In this document: piece after piece, positions 25,948 through 41,114 of the stretch | Layout: each line of letters starts with the position of its first letter | Numbering within the stretch: position 1 is the first letter of the stretch | Assembly (NCBI GenBank): GCA_965153285.1 | Contig: OZ229114.1 | DNA length: 64,000 nt | From: Podarcis tiliguerta | Lineage: Eukaryota | Direction: 5' to 3' (one strand) | Made by a program: the position numbers and the translations under genes | Notes under the pieces: model-generated | Seen by the model: only the letters and a program-made list of their open reading frames with translations | Told to the model about the DNA's origin: nothing | Database searches by the model: none

Positions 25948-26747
25948 CTACAGAGAGAGAGGAATGTTGAACCAGAAAAGGGTATTGTTGTATTTGTTAC
26001 TTTTTACAGGAAAATGTTTCAAAGCATGGAAACAATAAACTTTAAAAACAAATGTAAGGACAAGAGTAAAACAATATCTAAAATGTTCGTCCACACACAC
26101 ATACAAACAAGGGGTGCTCTGCCCCACTGCTCACTGTGTACCAACCGCAACTCCACTTCTCTTCCCACATTAACCCTCTACAGATTCCCCTTCCCACCCT
26201 GTGCAACCACTTAATCCCCTTTTTAACTTCCCAAACTAATTTTTGAAGCCACTTGTCTCTTCCATTCTGCAGCTCCGCTTTGTACTCGTTTTCAGCATCC
26301 CAAAAGCAACACAATGGGCACTGCTTATACTACCAAAAGTTCTGACCAAGCCCTACCTCAAATCCTCTCTGCCTCCTCCCCCACCCCAAGGTCTAAAGGG
26401 AGTCCAAGCATTGCTAATGGGCAAAGCGAGTCTAGCACTCCTTTGACACTACCTTCTCCCTCCCAATTTTGCCCCTCTGCAATCTTGCTAGAGCCATGAT
26501 GCCAGCTTTCTCTTTTATGACACTCACTGGAAAGGGCTCAACAACTTCTGGACTCTCCCATGTCTTGGTGCCAGGCTATACACTGAAGACCAACTTTATC
26601 ACTCAGAACTAAGGGCCGTCACTCCACAAGCAGCAAGTTGTCACCTAGTCTACCTATGCCTAAGATGTGTTCAGCAGTTACGGCACCTGATTAGAGACAT
26701 TCCCTTAAATTTGGCCCTTCCTCAATGCTGCATACCAATTCCTTCTA

Positions 26748-26927
<180 letters not shown>

Positions 26928-27371
26928 TCACCACAGATAGCAAGATCCACATTGTAGTATTAAAAAGCAGTGGGGGGGAGAAGAAGTAAGACACATCATC
27001 ATACTATGTAATCTGGCAGCTTACAATCTTTCAGTCGTTCTTCCCCTATTATTTGGAGGAGGCAACCTTATCCCAGCCTTGTCATTGCTGCTCCTTGATT
27101 GTCAAGCCACAGAAGAATTTCCCATGCAAAACAGCAAGCCAATCCCCTACTATCCTTCCTTCAGGGGAAGTGGAAGCTGGAGATCCTGCATCCTAGGCTT
27201 GGGAAGATGCTGTACAGCCTTCAGGTAAGAGTATCCCAACTCTACGAGGATTTTAGGACAGTAAGACTACCTATGGCTACAGCAGGGCTCCAGGTTGGAA
27301 CCTCCACATAAATCACTTGCAGGCTATCCATCACGTCTTAGACACAATGGTTTGCCTCAAGACACAATGGT

Positions 27372-27448
27372 TTCCTGCTTGGCAGGGGGTTGGACTCGAT
27401 GGCCCTTGTGGTCTCTTCCAACTCTATGATTCTATGATTCTATGATTC
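27372..27448 (+). mobile_element. Short CR1 3' end
   Basis: GGGTTGGACT...TTCCAACT followed by a (CTATGATT)n tail. Confidence 0.7.
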
Positions 27449-28038
27449 CAAGGAGCTGCAGCACGCAGCTATGTAGGGCTCTAGGTTAGTGGAAGAGCAC
27501 ATGCTCCATATGTAGGAATTTCCAGGCTCAGTCCCTGACATCTACAGATAGGGCCGGAAAAGGCTTTTGAACACTCAAAGTAGAGAACACTGGGTTAAGG
27601 TGGACCAACCATCTGACTTAGTAAAAGACAGTTTCCTATTATTCCCCTCAAATACAGGAGGAAGTCCCCAAACATAAATGACAAGAAGACAAGGTCACAG
27701 GAACCCAAATGACAATAGAATATAAATTATTGAAACATGAATATAAACATGTGCAAGTATATGTGTGCAGAACACAGAAGCACTGTGTAGAAAACAAGGA
27801 ATTTCCCCAAATTATTATAAATAGTACTTGATGAGATCTCCAGGACTGTATCATGTTGCATACCTCTTCAAAAACAAATTGGAGAATGGTTGTCATTCAT
27901 TTTCTTACAATTGTACCTATAGACAACGTTGCGGGACATCAGAGGGCCAAGGAGTTTCGGAAGTAGCATACCAGGGAATATGTACATTGAGCAAGGGCTA
28001 CATTCAGAAAAGCAGAGCAAAATACACTTCCCTCTTCA

Positions 28039-28317
<279 letters not shown>

Positions 28318-28348
28318 TCAGTGGCACAAAACATTTCTGGGCACTTTA

Positions 28349-28555
<207 letters not shown>

Positions 28556-29190
28556 TTACAGAACATGGTAAAAAATCTAGGCATATTCAGGTCTGCCTAC
28601 TTTATTAAAAAAAACAAAAAAACCTACATATCTCAAAGTCTGAGCATAATTTATTGACCTGAAAAATTACAATTGGGTGGGGAGAGTAAATGACAAGCAT
28701 CAACCCTATACCCTCTAGCAGATTTGTTAAAAAGTAAAGAAAAGGGGATAGTACTTTAAAAGTGATATAAACATTCCATGCTTATGGTTACAACTTTTCT
28801 TCATCTGTAGTCAGATTCTTCTAACTACTTCTTCATGTAGTTCCTATCCCAAAACTCAAATATGGAGATAAAACTCAAGGATGCAGTAACCAAATTATTG
28901 CAAAAACCAGCAACTCACCACACTTGGCAAAGGGCATTTTTTTAAAAGAATGAATGAATGGATTATAATAATTCTGAGACGACTACTCCCAGTTGCTTCT
29001 TCCCTCAATTGCTGTTCTCCCTGCTTCTAATCCAAAGCCAGAAGTCCTCACTGGGCTAGGAGTGAGAAATATCAATAGATATGTAGGAACAAACTATTAA
29101 GATAAGAGACAGAAGTGGGGGCTGGATGAAAGGCAGGATTTTATTATTTAGAAAGTAGGCACTGGGGATCCCACACAGAAACACATCCTA

Positions 29191-29466
<276 letters not shown>

Positions 29467-29960
29467 TTAATTCAAGCTGGGCAAGGCAAGGGCAGCCAAC
29501 CCCCACAACATATGGCAAAGTACCAGGCTCTTGCCAAACAGATCAATATTGTAGAAAGAGAAGGGGTTAGAGGTCTTCTTTGCTAAGAGCTACACATTTA
29601 CAAGAATGCTTCCAGTTAAAACATTCACATCCGTCACAAAGGGACCTGGTGCCCCACTTTTCAAGAGCAGACCTTCAACCCATAGTTCTCATTTTTCACT
29701 CCCAGGAGTTCAGGCAGCCAAGCTGAGTGTGCATTCTCTGAACAAACATATTACCTAGGACAACAGTTCTTAACTGCAGTGGGGAAATCTGTGACCCTCC
29801 AGGGGTTGTTGGACCCAACTCCTATCAGCCTCAGCCAGCATGGCCAGTGATCAGGAATGATGGGAGTTGGGAGTCCAACAACATATGGAAGGCTACAGGT
29901 TCGCTACCCTGTCTTAATCAAATAATTCCAAAATTAAAAACTGGTAAAATTACTGGTAAT

Positions 29961-30332
29961 CTCTTTAGCCTGGAAAAGAGGAGACTGAGAGGACATATGA
30001 TAGCCATCTTCCAATATCTAAAGGGCTGCCACATGGAAGATGGAGGAACCTTGTTTTTGCCTGCTCCAGAGGCTAGAATTCGAACTAATGAATTCAAGTT
30101 ACAAGTCAGGAGATTCTGACTAAACCTCAGGAAGAATCTTCTGACAGTAAGAGTTGTTCAACAGTGGAACAGATTTCCATGAGAGGTGGTCGGCTCTCCT
30201 TCTTTGGAGGTTTTTAAGCAGAGGTTGGATGGCCATCTGTCATAGACACTTTAGCTAAGATTCCTGCATTGCAGGGGGTTGGACTAGATGATCCTTGGGG
30301 TCCCTTCCAACTCTACAGTTCTCTGATTCTAT
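29961..30332 (+). mobile_element. CR1 LINE 3' fragment
   Basis: Encodes LFSLEKRRLRGHMIAIFQYLKG; ends CCTTCCAACTCT...GATTCTAT. Confidence 0.85.
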
Positions 30333-33300
30333 AATCCAGGTGCACAATGACCTAAATAAGCAGACTGATCAGTTCCACCTCCTGGGACTGATCGGCTACA
30401 CCTCACTGGTTAGGTAGGTATAACAAAGTTTATGGCATCTCTAGTTGGGAAATTTACTAGGAGGTTTCACTTCCCTGTCCACATAGTCCCAGTACTTTAA
30501 ATTGTATGCTGAGAGCTACAATTAGCTGCTGCATTTTCAGCGGGGGAATGGGGCCTTCCATCGTAAAGCAATGTTTCAAACCTTTTGAGTTCTGGTTCCC
30601 TTCTAAAACTTACTCCCCCACCCCCCACCCCGCCTTCTAAGCCCACTCAACCTCATTGTCAGTGCTCTCTTTAGCTAGGGAGCGCACGGAGAAGTTACTG
30701 TGGCACAAATATCCAGCCTTTCCTACTACAAGTCCTTTTGGGTTCTCTAAAGAGTCCCACCCATGGGCCTCAGAGAAAGATTGCCATGTCATTTTTTACA
30801 ACAGTGAGATGCAGACAAGTCAAGCAGCTGCCGCTTCTCATCTCAGGATGACTCTAGCAGGATGACGCTCAGTCAGGAGACAAAGATCCTGGGGAACTCC
30901 GGAAAGGAAGTAAAGTGTACAGAGTGCCACATGTTACCAAAGACTCTTCCCGCCCCTCCTGATACTTTGTAAGCCTGGTAGACTGAGCTCCACAGATAAG
31001 AGAATCTGTGGACCTCTAAGATGTTGGACTACAACACCCATCAGCCCCAGTTGGCACGGCCAATAATATGAAATCTGTAGTCAAGCAGCCATTGGAGGGC
31101 TACAGGTTCTCCACCCCTTCTCTGTCCCCACACTAACAACAATACTAGCATTCCATACAAGGTTACCAAAGCAACAGGCACACAGCTTAGGAAAGGTCCA
31201 CACTGAGAACTCTGGAGCAGCTTCTGGGGACTCAGCTACATTGGCAAAGAAAAAACACTTTTGCTTTGTTTATGCATTCTAACACTGTGACACCAGATGG
31301 CGCTGTGGAGTTCTGTTTTTGCTAACCCGATTTCTCATACAAAGTTTGCAACGCGTGAAACGTTTCTTTGATATGTCTAGTTCCAGCCTAGGGAACTAAG
31401 GAAGGAGCAGATGCATGCATGCAACCACTAGATGGGGCACTAGTTGATTACTTATTACTTACAAGCACCAGGCCATCTGCTGCCTACACTATAGCCTGGC
31501 CTATTCCACGAATGCACCACCAGCAGGTCCTGGATTCTGGGTAGCTGAAACTGCATGACATAAGTCAACATAGGAGGCTACCTTCCACAGAAGATGCTTC
31601 ATTGAAAAAATTTATGAGCATTTGTTTTTTAACAGAACATACTAGGCCTCACGACTGCAGGTGAAGATACAATGGGTATTTCTACTAAAAGTTTGAAAAT
31701 CAAATACAAGGAGTAGGGTTCCTTCAGTCAGCAGCTCCCTCCCACCCACGGCCTTTTCACTCATACAGCCCTGTCAGCAGAAGCTTCCAATTTGTGACCA
31801 AAAAAAGGACAGATGTGCACACGAAACACATGTGACGCAAAAGCAAAATTGGCATGGTTTTTTCCTAACTTCTGGATTGTATAGTAACAGAAAGTTGGAG
31901 CTTCAGCACACAATTCTAGATATACCAAATACATTCAAGGCTCTTAGTAAAGGGGAGCTAAGAGTTAAAAAGAATGGGAGCATTGTGGCTGGCATAGAAA
32001 CCAGAAAAAAATGTAATATGCAATAAGCCAGCCAGGCTCCTGGATACTATATATTCCAATGCCACATAGAGCTGGGCCAGGCCTATGCTTTGGAAGATGC
32101 CATTAAACATGTCTGTTTACCTGGGTGGGGAAAGCCTGGCAATCTACCAGAATCAAAATTCCTCATTCCTGACACCCCTGATTATCATGTATGCTGGCTG
32201 CGCTCACCTTCCCTCTCTAGGCAGCTGCACTGCTGAGGAAGCCATGTCTTCTAGCTGATCAGTTCCATACTAGATGTTAGATAACTCTTTCTCCCAGCCA
32301 TGTACCAAGAGATGACTTTTTAAGCCATGGGGTGGAGAGGACACAGAGTTGCCATCACAGTTAGCAGAAAGGCAGGGTCAACAGCGTATCTCCAGTCACA
32401 CATACAACAGTTATATCCAACCATCTACCAACAGCACACACATACACACATATAAAGAGGTCAGGTCTAATTGGCAGCAACTAACCCAGGAACCATAGCC
32501 TCCTCCACAAAGCTCTGGCTGAAATGGCTCCTTTCTAATGAACAAAAACTGAAGGAAGTAGCGCTGCATCGATCCATTTGCCTTCCATCCACCTAGAGCA
32601 GCAGCACAAAGACCAGGCTGACTCATCCCGGCGGAATCTCCCACAAACTCAGCTAAAAGGGAAGTGATTCCAAAACCCAAACCAGACAGGAAGAAGAAGC
32701 TGGATCACTATAACAAAAACTGACATGGCCAGCAAATAAGTCATGCTTTTCATACAATCAACACATGCAACTCAGAAAGAGGAAACTAAATTAATCTGGT
32801 TAGTTATGACGGGTCACAAGGAGAGCCACATGGCCATGCACACAGTCAGTCCTCACATAGGCATGAAGAATACACTGCAGCTGACCGGAACCACAGCTCA
32901 TGCTAATCCATTTATATAGTAGGATCAGTTATTCAAAAACTCAGCCCACAGATCCCAACACAAGACAGATATGCCCAATTCCTTGTAAGTACAGTGATAT
33001 AGCAAGCCAGAGGAGAAAGCAAAGCCTCAGGATTATTCTCTGCTTAGATTTATTCATTTACAATACTTATAGCCTGCTTTATAGTCTCAGAGGCTCTCAA
33101 GATGGCTTATGGAAAATAAAATCGCACTCAATTCTAGTACAGGAAAAGAAATGACATGGTGCCCGTATATATCCATGATTATTCAGACAATGTTCCCTGC
33201 CTTTTTCATGTTCTTATCAAGTGTCATTTCAAGCAGCAGCTCCCATGGAAATCCTAAGGCAAGGGAGTAGGGCTCAGAAGTTGGATCTCACTCAGTCCAT

Positions 33301-34383
33301 GATAGAAGCAGTCTTCCCTTCCTAGAAGCAGGCAAGGGAGTGGAGCAAACAAGAAAATAATGGGCTAGAACTTAAAAAGGGTAATGCTATTGAATCTACC
33401 AGACCTCCTCTCTTAAGGCATGGTCAAGCATGAATGCATACATCTTGCTTTCATTCAATACCTGCTTACCCAAATCTGCTTGAAAAAAACAACAGCAGTA
33501 TTGCTTTAAAAAAATACACATGCTGTTAACAGCAGTAACAGAAATGTCTGATACAAAACAATAAAAGATCAGATTTCATCGTACACCATTCACACACCCA
33601 CACCTACCTAACTCATCTGATGAGGACCTCAGGCCACGACGAGGTATGAGTTGCAGGCAATCTTACCTCTCCATTACTAGAATTAACAAACTGAATAAGA
33701 GGACTCAATCTGCTTTTTAAAAACTTCCAATGACATGAATATCAGTGTTTCCCAGGACAGCCCAAGTATGTTTACTGCCTGGAAGGTTTAACACATTTAA
33801 AACCCATTATTGTGCCCTTAATTCCACTATCTACATAGCACTGCTACTAGCAGGCATGCCATTTTATAGTGCAACAAGAAAGAAAATCTTGTTTCAAGGA
33901 GTTTGCCATCTAAAATAGGCACAAAGTAGTTGACCTACCATTCTTTATAGAATTTTTTATACCCTCTTGACAAATCTGGGTTTCAAACAAGAAGAATTAA
34001 GTCACTAGATAAACAGTCATTGATGTCTGCTAATGGGGAAATACCCAAAGCAACATATGGTATTCAAAGATTAGAAAGTAGACTGGGTAAATATTAGCAG
34101 TGGTGACCTGGAATTCTTCATAGCAAAGGGCAACGGGTAGAGTACATAACCTGAAATTTGAAAGAGGCCGGTCTGAATATTCTTCTACAAATTAGGCATG
34201 TATAGTTCTTTCGATTTTTCTCCCAAAATAAAACCCGCACCATCTTGATATCTCAGCCAGCTCCTACAGATATTTAAAATGCAGAGATGAGCTTAAAGTA
34301 CAGAAATTTCAATGCCAGTTTTATCCAAAAGGTCAAAAAGTTCAGGAAGCACACAATCAGGAAGGGAAGCTGATCAGCTGCTC

Positions 34384-34518
34384 CATGGGCATAGCTAGGA
34401 TTGGGGGGGGGGAGGCAGAACCTCAGTTAACTATGTATTTTTATTGGTTATTTATTTATTTATTTATTTATTTATTGGGGGCAGTATCCCCTTCCTGCCC
34501 CCCCCAACTACATCCATG
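34384..34518. mobile_element. Small hAT-type MITE with perfect 8-bp TSD
   Basis: CATGGGCATAG...CTACATCCATG termini; AGCTGCTC on both flanks. Confidence 0.75.
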
Positions 34519-35114
34519 AGCTGCTCCCAGACACCAACCATCATTCTCTGCAAAAGGGACTATCTGCCTTACAAGCATACAGCTGTTGCATCAGCAAGCA
34601 CACAAGAACTTCAAGTGAATTTGTTCAGCTCTCCCTCTAATGGGGTCATATTCAAATGAGCTAGGTTTCTTGAGCCACTTGTAAAGCGGAGCCGCGAGCT
34701 GGAAGCAGTATTAGTTAAGTAACTTTTGGTTAAACTGCACACTCACACTAACAAAACAATACCATATAACCCCTGCTCCAAACCCATCTGAACACTGGGA
34801 AAATCAGCAGGGAGTTTACAATGTCCAACCACATTCATAGGAGCCAACTCCTAGGGACCCAGGTACCTTTGCCCCCCCCCAATAAAATATTTGAGGGGCC
34901 AGGGCTTCCCAAAGTTGATGGGCATTGCCATTCAAATGGTGTGTGGGTGTTGTGTCATGTAATCAATTATGTGGGGCAGAGCTTACATCCCCCACAATAT
35001 TTTATTTAAGTTGGCACCCCTTGCCACACTAAAGTTATTGTTACCAAAGTATCTATGTCAATCTAATTCCTATCCATATGCCCCCAAATACAAGAACTGT
35101 ATGGTATACTCTAG

Positions 35115-35364
35115 CAGGGGTCAGCAAACTTTTTCAGCAGGGGGCCGGTCCACTGTCCCTCAGACCTTGTGGGGGGCCGAACTATATTTTTTTTGGGGGG
35201 ATGAACAAATTTCTATACCCCACAAATAACCCAGAGATGTATTTTAAATAAAAGAACACATTCTACTCATGTAAAAACATGCTGATTCCTGGACCATCCG
35301 GGGGCCAGATTTAGAAGGTGACTGGGCCGGATCCAGCCCCCGGGCTTTAGTATGCCTGCCCATG
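35115..35364. mobile_element. hAT-like non-autonomous element
   Basis: CAGGGGTCAGCAAACT start, degenerate inverted end, CTCTAG on both flanks. Confidence 0.6.
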
Positions 35365-36104
35365 CTCTAGAAGCTTACTAAGAAGAATCCTGTGCTAGTA
35401 ATACCACCTCCAGTAACACCGCCTAGGGCAGTTGGGCCACCATTCAAGATCAGAAAGAGACAGATCCAACTAAAGAAACACATTATGAAGATAAGGCCAA
35501 ACTAAATGCCAAGAATGGGTAACAAACAACAGGTATCGTCCCCTACCCAGACAACCGAACAGAACTAATAATCCAGGACAGCAATTGACACCAGAATACC
35601 AGCTACTAAAGCCTTTAACTGGACAAAGCTATGCTGGCCTCTGGAAACAGCCAACCGATACACTCCAAGCCCAAGATAACTTTACCCAATTACAACAAAA
35701 CACCTCAACATGTCAGGCAGGACTGTGCCTCCTCATTGGGCAAGAAGGGCTAAAGCTTTTAGCTTTATTTTTTGTATTATTCCCCAATAACCATAGTATT
35801 ACACTGACAGCAACACTATGAAACAAACATTGGAATTGTGAGATGCTAAAGAGCAAGACCATACCTGTTTATATTATATTTACAATAATAAAACTGGTTC
35901 TGTTTAAGAATAAGGCCTACACTTGGCTGTTCCTCCCAGGGGAGAAGGGCACAGCTGACAGATCAGCTGTACTTGATGGGTTATACTGAGCACTGTCCTT
36001 TGGCCACATCTACTCCAGAGAAGGGGGAAAGGAAGAGTGCAAGCAATAGCAGAACTGAGGAAAGGTAAGGAGCTAGAGATTAGAGGGCACCTACTAGCAG
36101 GCAT

Positions 36105-36465
36105 GGGGACGCGGGTGGCTGTGGGTTAAATCACAGAGCCTAGGACTTGCTGATCAGAAGGTCGGCAGTTCGAATCCCCGTGACGGGGTGAGCTCCCGTT
36201 GCTTGGTCCCTGCTCCTGCCAACCTAGCAGTTCGAAAGCACATCAAAGTGCAAGTAGATAAATAGGTACCGCTCCGGCGGGAAGGTGAACGGCGTTTCCG
36301 TGCGCTGCTCTGGTTCGCCAGAAACGGCTTAGTCATGCTGGCCACATGACCTGGAAGCTGTCTGCGGACAAATGCTGGCTCCCTCGGCCAATAAAGTGAG
36401 ATGAGCGCCGCAACCCCAGAGTCGGTCACGACTGGACCTAATGGTCAGGGGTCCCTTTACCTTTA
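36105..36465 (+). mobile_element. Full-length Sauria-type SINE
   Basis: tRNA-like head with B box GGTCGGCAGTTCGAATCC; (ACCTTT)n tail; TSD TACTAGCAGGCA at 36092-36103 and 36464-36475. Confidence 0.88.
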
Positions 36466-36750
36466 CTAGCAGGCAGGAGTGTCTTGGAACAAAGAAAGAC
36501 CACCCTACACTTCAGAGAACTGGTCAAGGATGTGGCAAAGGCATACACACGATCCTACCATCATCTTCTTAACCTTACCTATGATACTAATTCTTAAACT
36601 TGTTTAGCGCTTTCAAGTGTTCAGAGCACTTCACATACATTATTATGACCCTTGTAAAGTCAGTCAAAGGCCAGCTAGCGAGTTCCCAGCTGAGACTCCC
36701 CGGCCCCTGGTATCTTAGTACAAGGCAGGGGCGACCACTTGCCAAGATCA

Positions 36751-37620
<870 letters not shown>

Positions 37621-39396
37621 CGGAATGGAGGGTGTGCATGGAGATGATGAGCAGCTCTTCCCACTCCTCCTTGCCTTTCAGATCCGTGCTTTTCCTTTAG
37701 GCTCCTGCCTGCCGTCATCGACGCTGGTCCCCCAGCACAGCCCACATGGCACACCGCATAACATTTGTAAGGGTCGCCTTTCATTGTGCTGAAAGGATCC
37801 CGTCCGTCCCACTCCTCCATTGCAAAGACACGCCCACGTGCACTGCACTGACCATCCCTCAGCGGTCTGTTGACTCCTTTCACTGCATTGTCACCATTCG
37901 TGACTTTTTAAAAAAGCACACGGAGAAAGGTTTGCCATATCGGGTGCTCTCACTACAGTATACGCCTCTTGGTAACCTGTCCCTTCAATAGAGAGAACAA
38001 TGCACGTCCCACTGTATGCACTATAAACGACCCTGTCACTCCAGTAGTCCCAGGTGGACTGCACAGATCCTGGGAGATTCGTCGTGTTGACTTGCAGCAA
38101 AACAAACAAACAAAAACAAACCCAGCAATATCTTATGGCCTTTGAAGACAAACAGATTTATAAGTCCTGGTAGGCAGCAAAGGGGTACTTTCAAGTCATG
38201 TGAAAACTCATTCAAACCTAGCAAACCATCTTAACAATAGGAAGCTGAATGGATGCATAAAAATGGTATTGCATCATCTGTATATTCATGGTCTCTGTGA
38301 ATTCACCCACCTCACTTTATTCAGATGTACAATAGACAAATTACAAACTCCAATGGTAAGGCAGGAGCAGCTGTAAGAATTTGTCCTGACCTGTTGGAGT
38401 GGTCCCTTGGGTCACCTGACAGTTGTAATCCTCTGCTGCCCTTCCTGTTTTAAGATATTCTAAAGTTGAGAGAATGGCAGAGTACATCATTTTAACAATG
38501 ACACCTGCCATTCTGAAATGTTGAGAAAGAATGGCTATCACCATCTGCCTAACACCATTTGAACCACCACCATCTGGGGAGGTAAAAACTACCTATACTG
38601 TCAAAGGCAGTATGCTTCTCAATACCAGTTACTGGACACTGCAGGTGGAGGGAGTGCTGTTGCACTTGGGTCCTGCTTGCAGGGTTCCCATAGGCAACTA
38701 GTTGCCCACCGTGAGAACAAGGTGGTAACCAAGTGGGCCATTGGCCTGATCCAGCAGGTTCTTCTTAATGTTTTTCTGATGTTTAAACATGAAGATGAAA
38801 TGGCTGTGTCTTTAAAAAAGAAAATCAGGGTTTTTGTACAGTTTGGATGCCTTTGCATAAGTATGTAGTCTGCTGACTTCTCAACAATCTGTGTTAATTT
38901 GACATTACAACAATGCAGTTATGGGCTGTATACTGCTCTCTCTCGCCCTCTCCTTTTCTCGTTGTGTGAACAATAGAGCAACAGCGGTGGTGTATCAAGC
39001 TGTTCTTCGGAGAAAGTGTGAAAAGATAGAGCCTTTGCATTCTAATTATCTAAGATATTTAACATAAAAAACTTAGTAACACATGGGGATAGGGTAGTGT
39101 CACTTATCCTTGTCTGGTTGTATAACTAAAATAAGGAGTTATAGAGTGGAAGAAATGTATTTTCTTTTACCAAGCTAGGTTGGTTTAGCTATATGAAAGC
39201 TTAACAGCTTCAAATAATTATTCAACTAACAGTTATTCCAGTACTTTGTAACCATTTTATATTTTATTCCTTTTAGCCTTTGTGGCCAGTATGGTAGGTA
39301 TAATGCACTGAACAGAAACACAGCCAGAACTAATCTGGGCAGCACACATTCCATGATTCCAAGTCTCACAAACCCAGCATGGAAAAGCAGTATTTA

Positions 39397-39654
39397 CCAT
39401 ATTTTTTGCTCTATAAGACTCACTTTTTCCCTCCAAAAAATAAGGGGAAATGTGTGTGTGTCTTATGGAGCGAATGCAGGCTGTGCAGCTATTCCAGAAG
39501 CCAGAACAGCAAGAGGGATCGCTGCTTTCGCTGTGCAGCAATCCCTCTTGTTGTTCCGACTTCTGAGATTCAGAATACTTTTTTTCTTGTTTTTCTCCTC
39601 CAAAAACTAGGTGCATCTTGTGGTCTGGTGTGTCTTATAGAGCGAAAAATAGGG
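39397..39654. mobile_element. TA-flanked MITE (Tc2/pogo-like TIR)
   Basis: CCATATTTTTTGCTCTATAAGAC ... GTCTTATAGAGCGAAAAATAGGG; TA on both sides. Confidence 0.7.
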
Positions 39655-40779
39655 TATATGGAGAGCAAAACAAAGTGACTTATTGAATTTGAGGTGAATG
39701 GGACAGAAAATTGGCCCCCTTGCTTATTCTTACACTACTGGCTGATCCCTGGATTGTGTGGTACAGACAGAAGTGACCCATAGCTTGTCAGTCTGGCTAC
39801 CTATACTGTTAATCCTAGCCTAGAATTTCTAGGTCAATAGGAAGCTGAAGATGAGTTTAAGACTTTGATCTCTCACCATGATATTTGCCTGACCTGTGCA
39901 ATAAGTTTTCCAGTAGTAACAGATCTCAGGCTCCTCCAGTACCAGCAATCATAGTAAGTTTCCTTTAGTCCACCTGGTGGGTTGTGACCCACAACTAGGT
40001 CATGTCATAACCTAAGGTGGAACACACCAGCAAGGTCAACATCTTTTTCCTATTTTATTTTTTTTAGTCAAATCCTTTTTGAAGAGAAAAAAGAGAGGTT
40101 ACGTCAAGAGTGCTGTTGCATTCAGGTCCTGCTTGTGAGCTTTGTGTGGGCATCTGGTTGGCTGCTGTGAGAACAGGATACAGGACTAGATGGCTTGATC
40201 AGCACAGCTGTCATTAAGTTCTTATGCTATTGAAAACAAATTTTGTAGGACAGAGAGGGCAAGGGTTGAAATAGGACATCCGTGCTTTGTTGGACTGCTT
40301 TACTATCCCCTTTTATGGAACTGCATCAAACATATGAGCTTGAAATAAAATTCTACTTTGTTTTAATACTAAGAGTTGTGGTTTATTGTCTGCTGTGGGA
40401 GTGGATATTAAGCTCCCACTGGAATAGACAGATCAAGAGTACCTGATTTGCGAAAGCAGCACCATACATTTAGAGATGACACATTCCAAGTAAATAAAAT
40501 TGTGACATAGCAAAAAAAAACACCACCAAACATTTTAAATTATATCATTCTTTGTTGCATTACAATAAACAAATGATACACAAACAACACTCACTCCCCT
40601 GATTTCAGAAGTCTTTTTCTTTTCAAAGTAGCATCTGCTTCTTCACATTTTCCCTTTTTAAACCATGAATTATGTATTTTGAGGACAGCAAAAGGAACTT
40701 GCCCTCAAAGGAAACGAGTACAGAAAGGCCTCAATGTGGCAGCCGCTAGCCTGTGGTAGGAAGGAAAGAGAGCACTCTT

Positions 40780-41114
40780 GCCCCTCACAAAGATGGCCGC
40801 CCTGTAAAAAAAAAATAGGAAAAGGGGGGGGAACCCTCCTCGCCCTTCACAAAGAAGGCTGCTGTGGGAAGGGCGGGGGAGCTCAGCAGGGAGGCTGGGC
40901 AATGAAGAGGCGCGTTACTGCGGGTTGCCAGGGCAACAGCCAACGGCGTGCGCGGATGGTTCCTGGCGGGCGGTTGCCCTGGGTGGTGGGTGTGAGGGAA
41001 GCCTGGCATAACTGACGGAGCGAAAGGAGAGGAGGGAGGAGGAGGCGGCGGCCGATGGGGGGAGACCGAAGGGGTGTGGAGCTGGTGGCAGCTGCGGAGA
41101 AGCTCGGAGCGCAG
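40780..41114 (+). promoter_or_regulatory. MORN4 promoter and probable non-coding exon 1 (donor CAG|GTGAGG at 41114/41115)
   Basis: CpG island; X-box-like GTTGCCAGGGCAAC at 40924-40937; YY1-like AAGATGGCCGC near 40790. Confidence 0.65.

Noticed and set aside
33610-33695. Hairpin AACTCAT...ATGAGTT enclosing CTGATGA (hammerhead or C/D snoRNA candidate)
   Set aside because: No GAAA after stem II; it is antisense to the host PI4K2A intron and lacks a terminal stem around the C and D boxes
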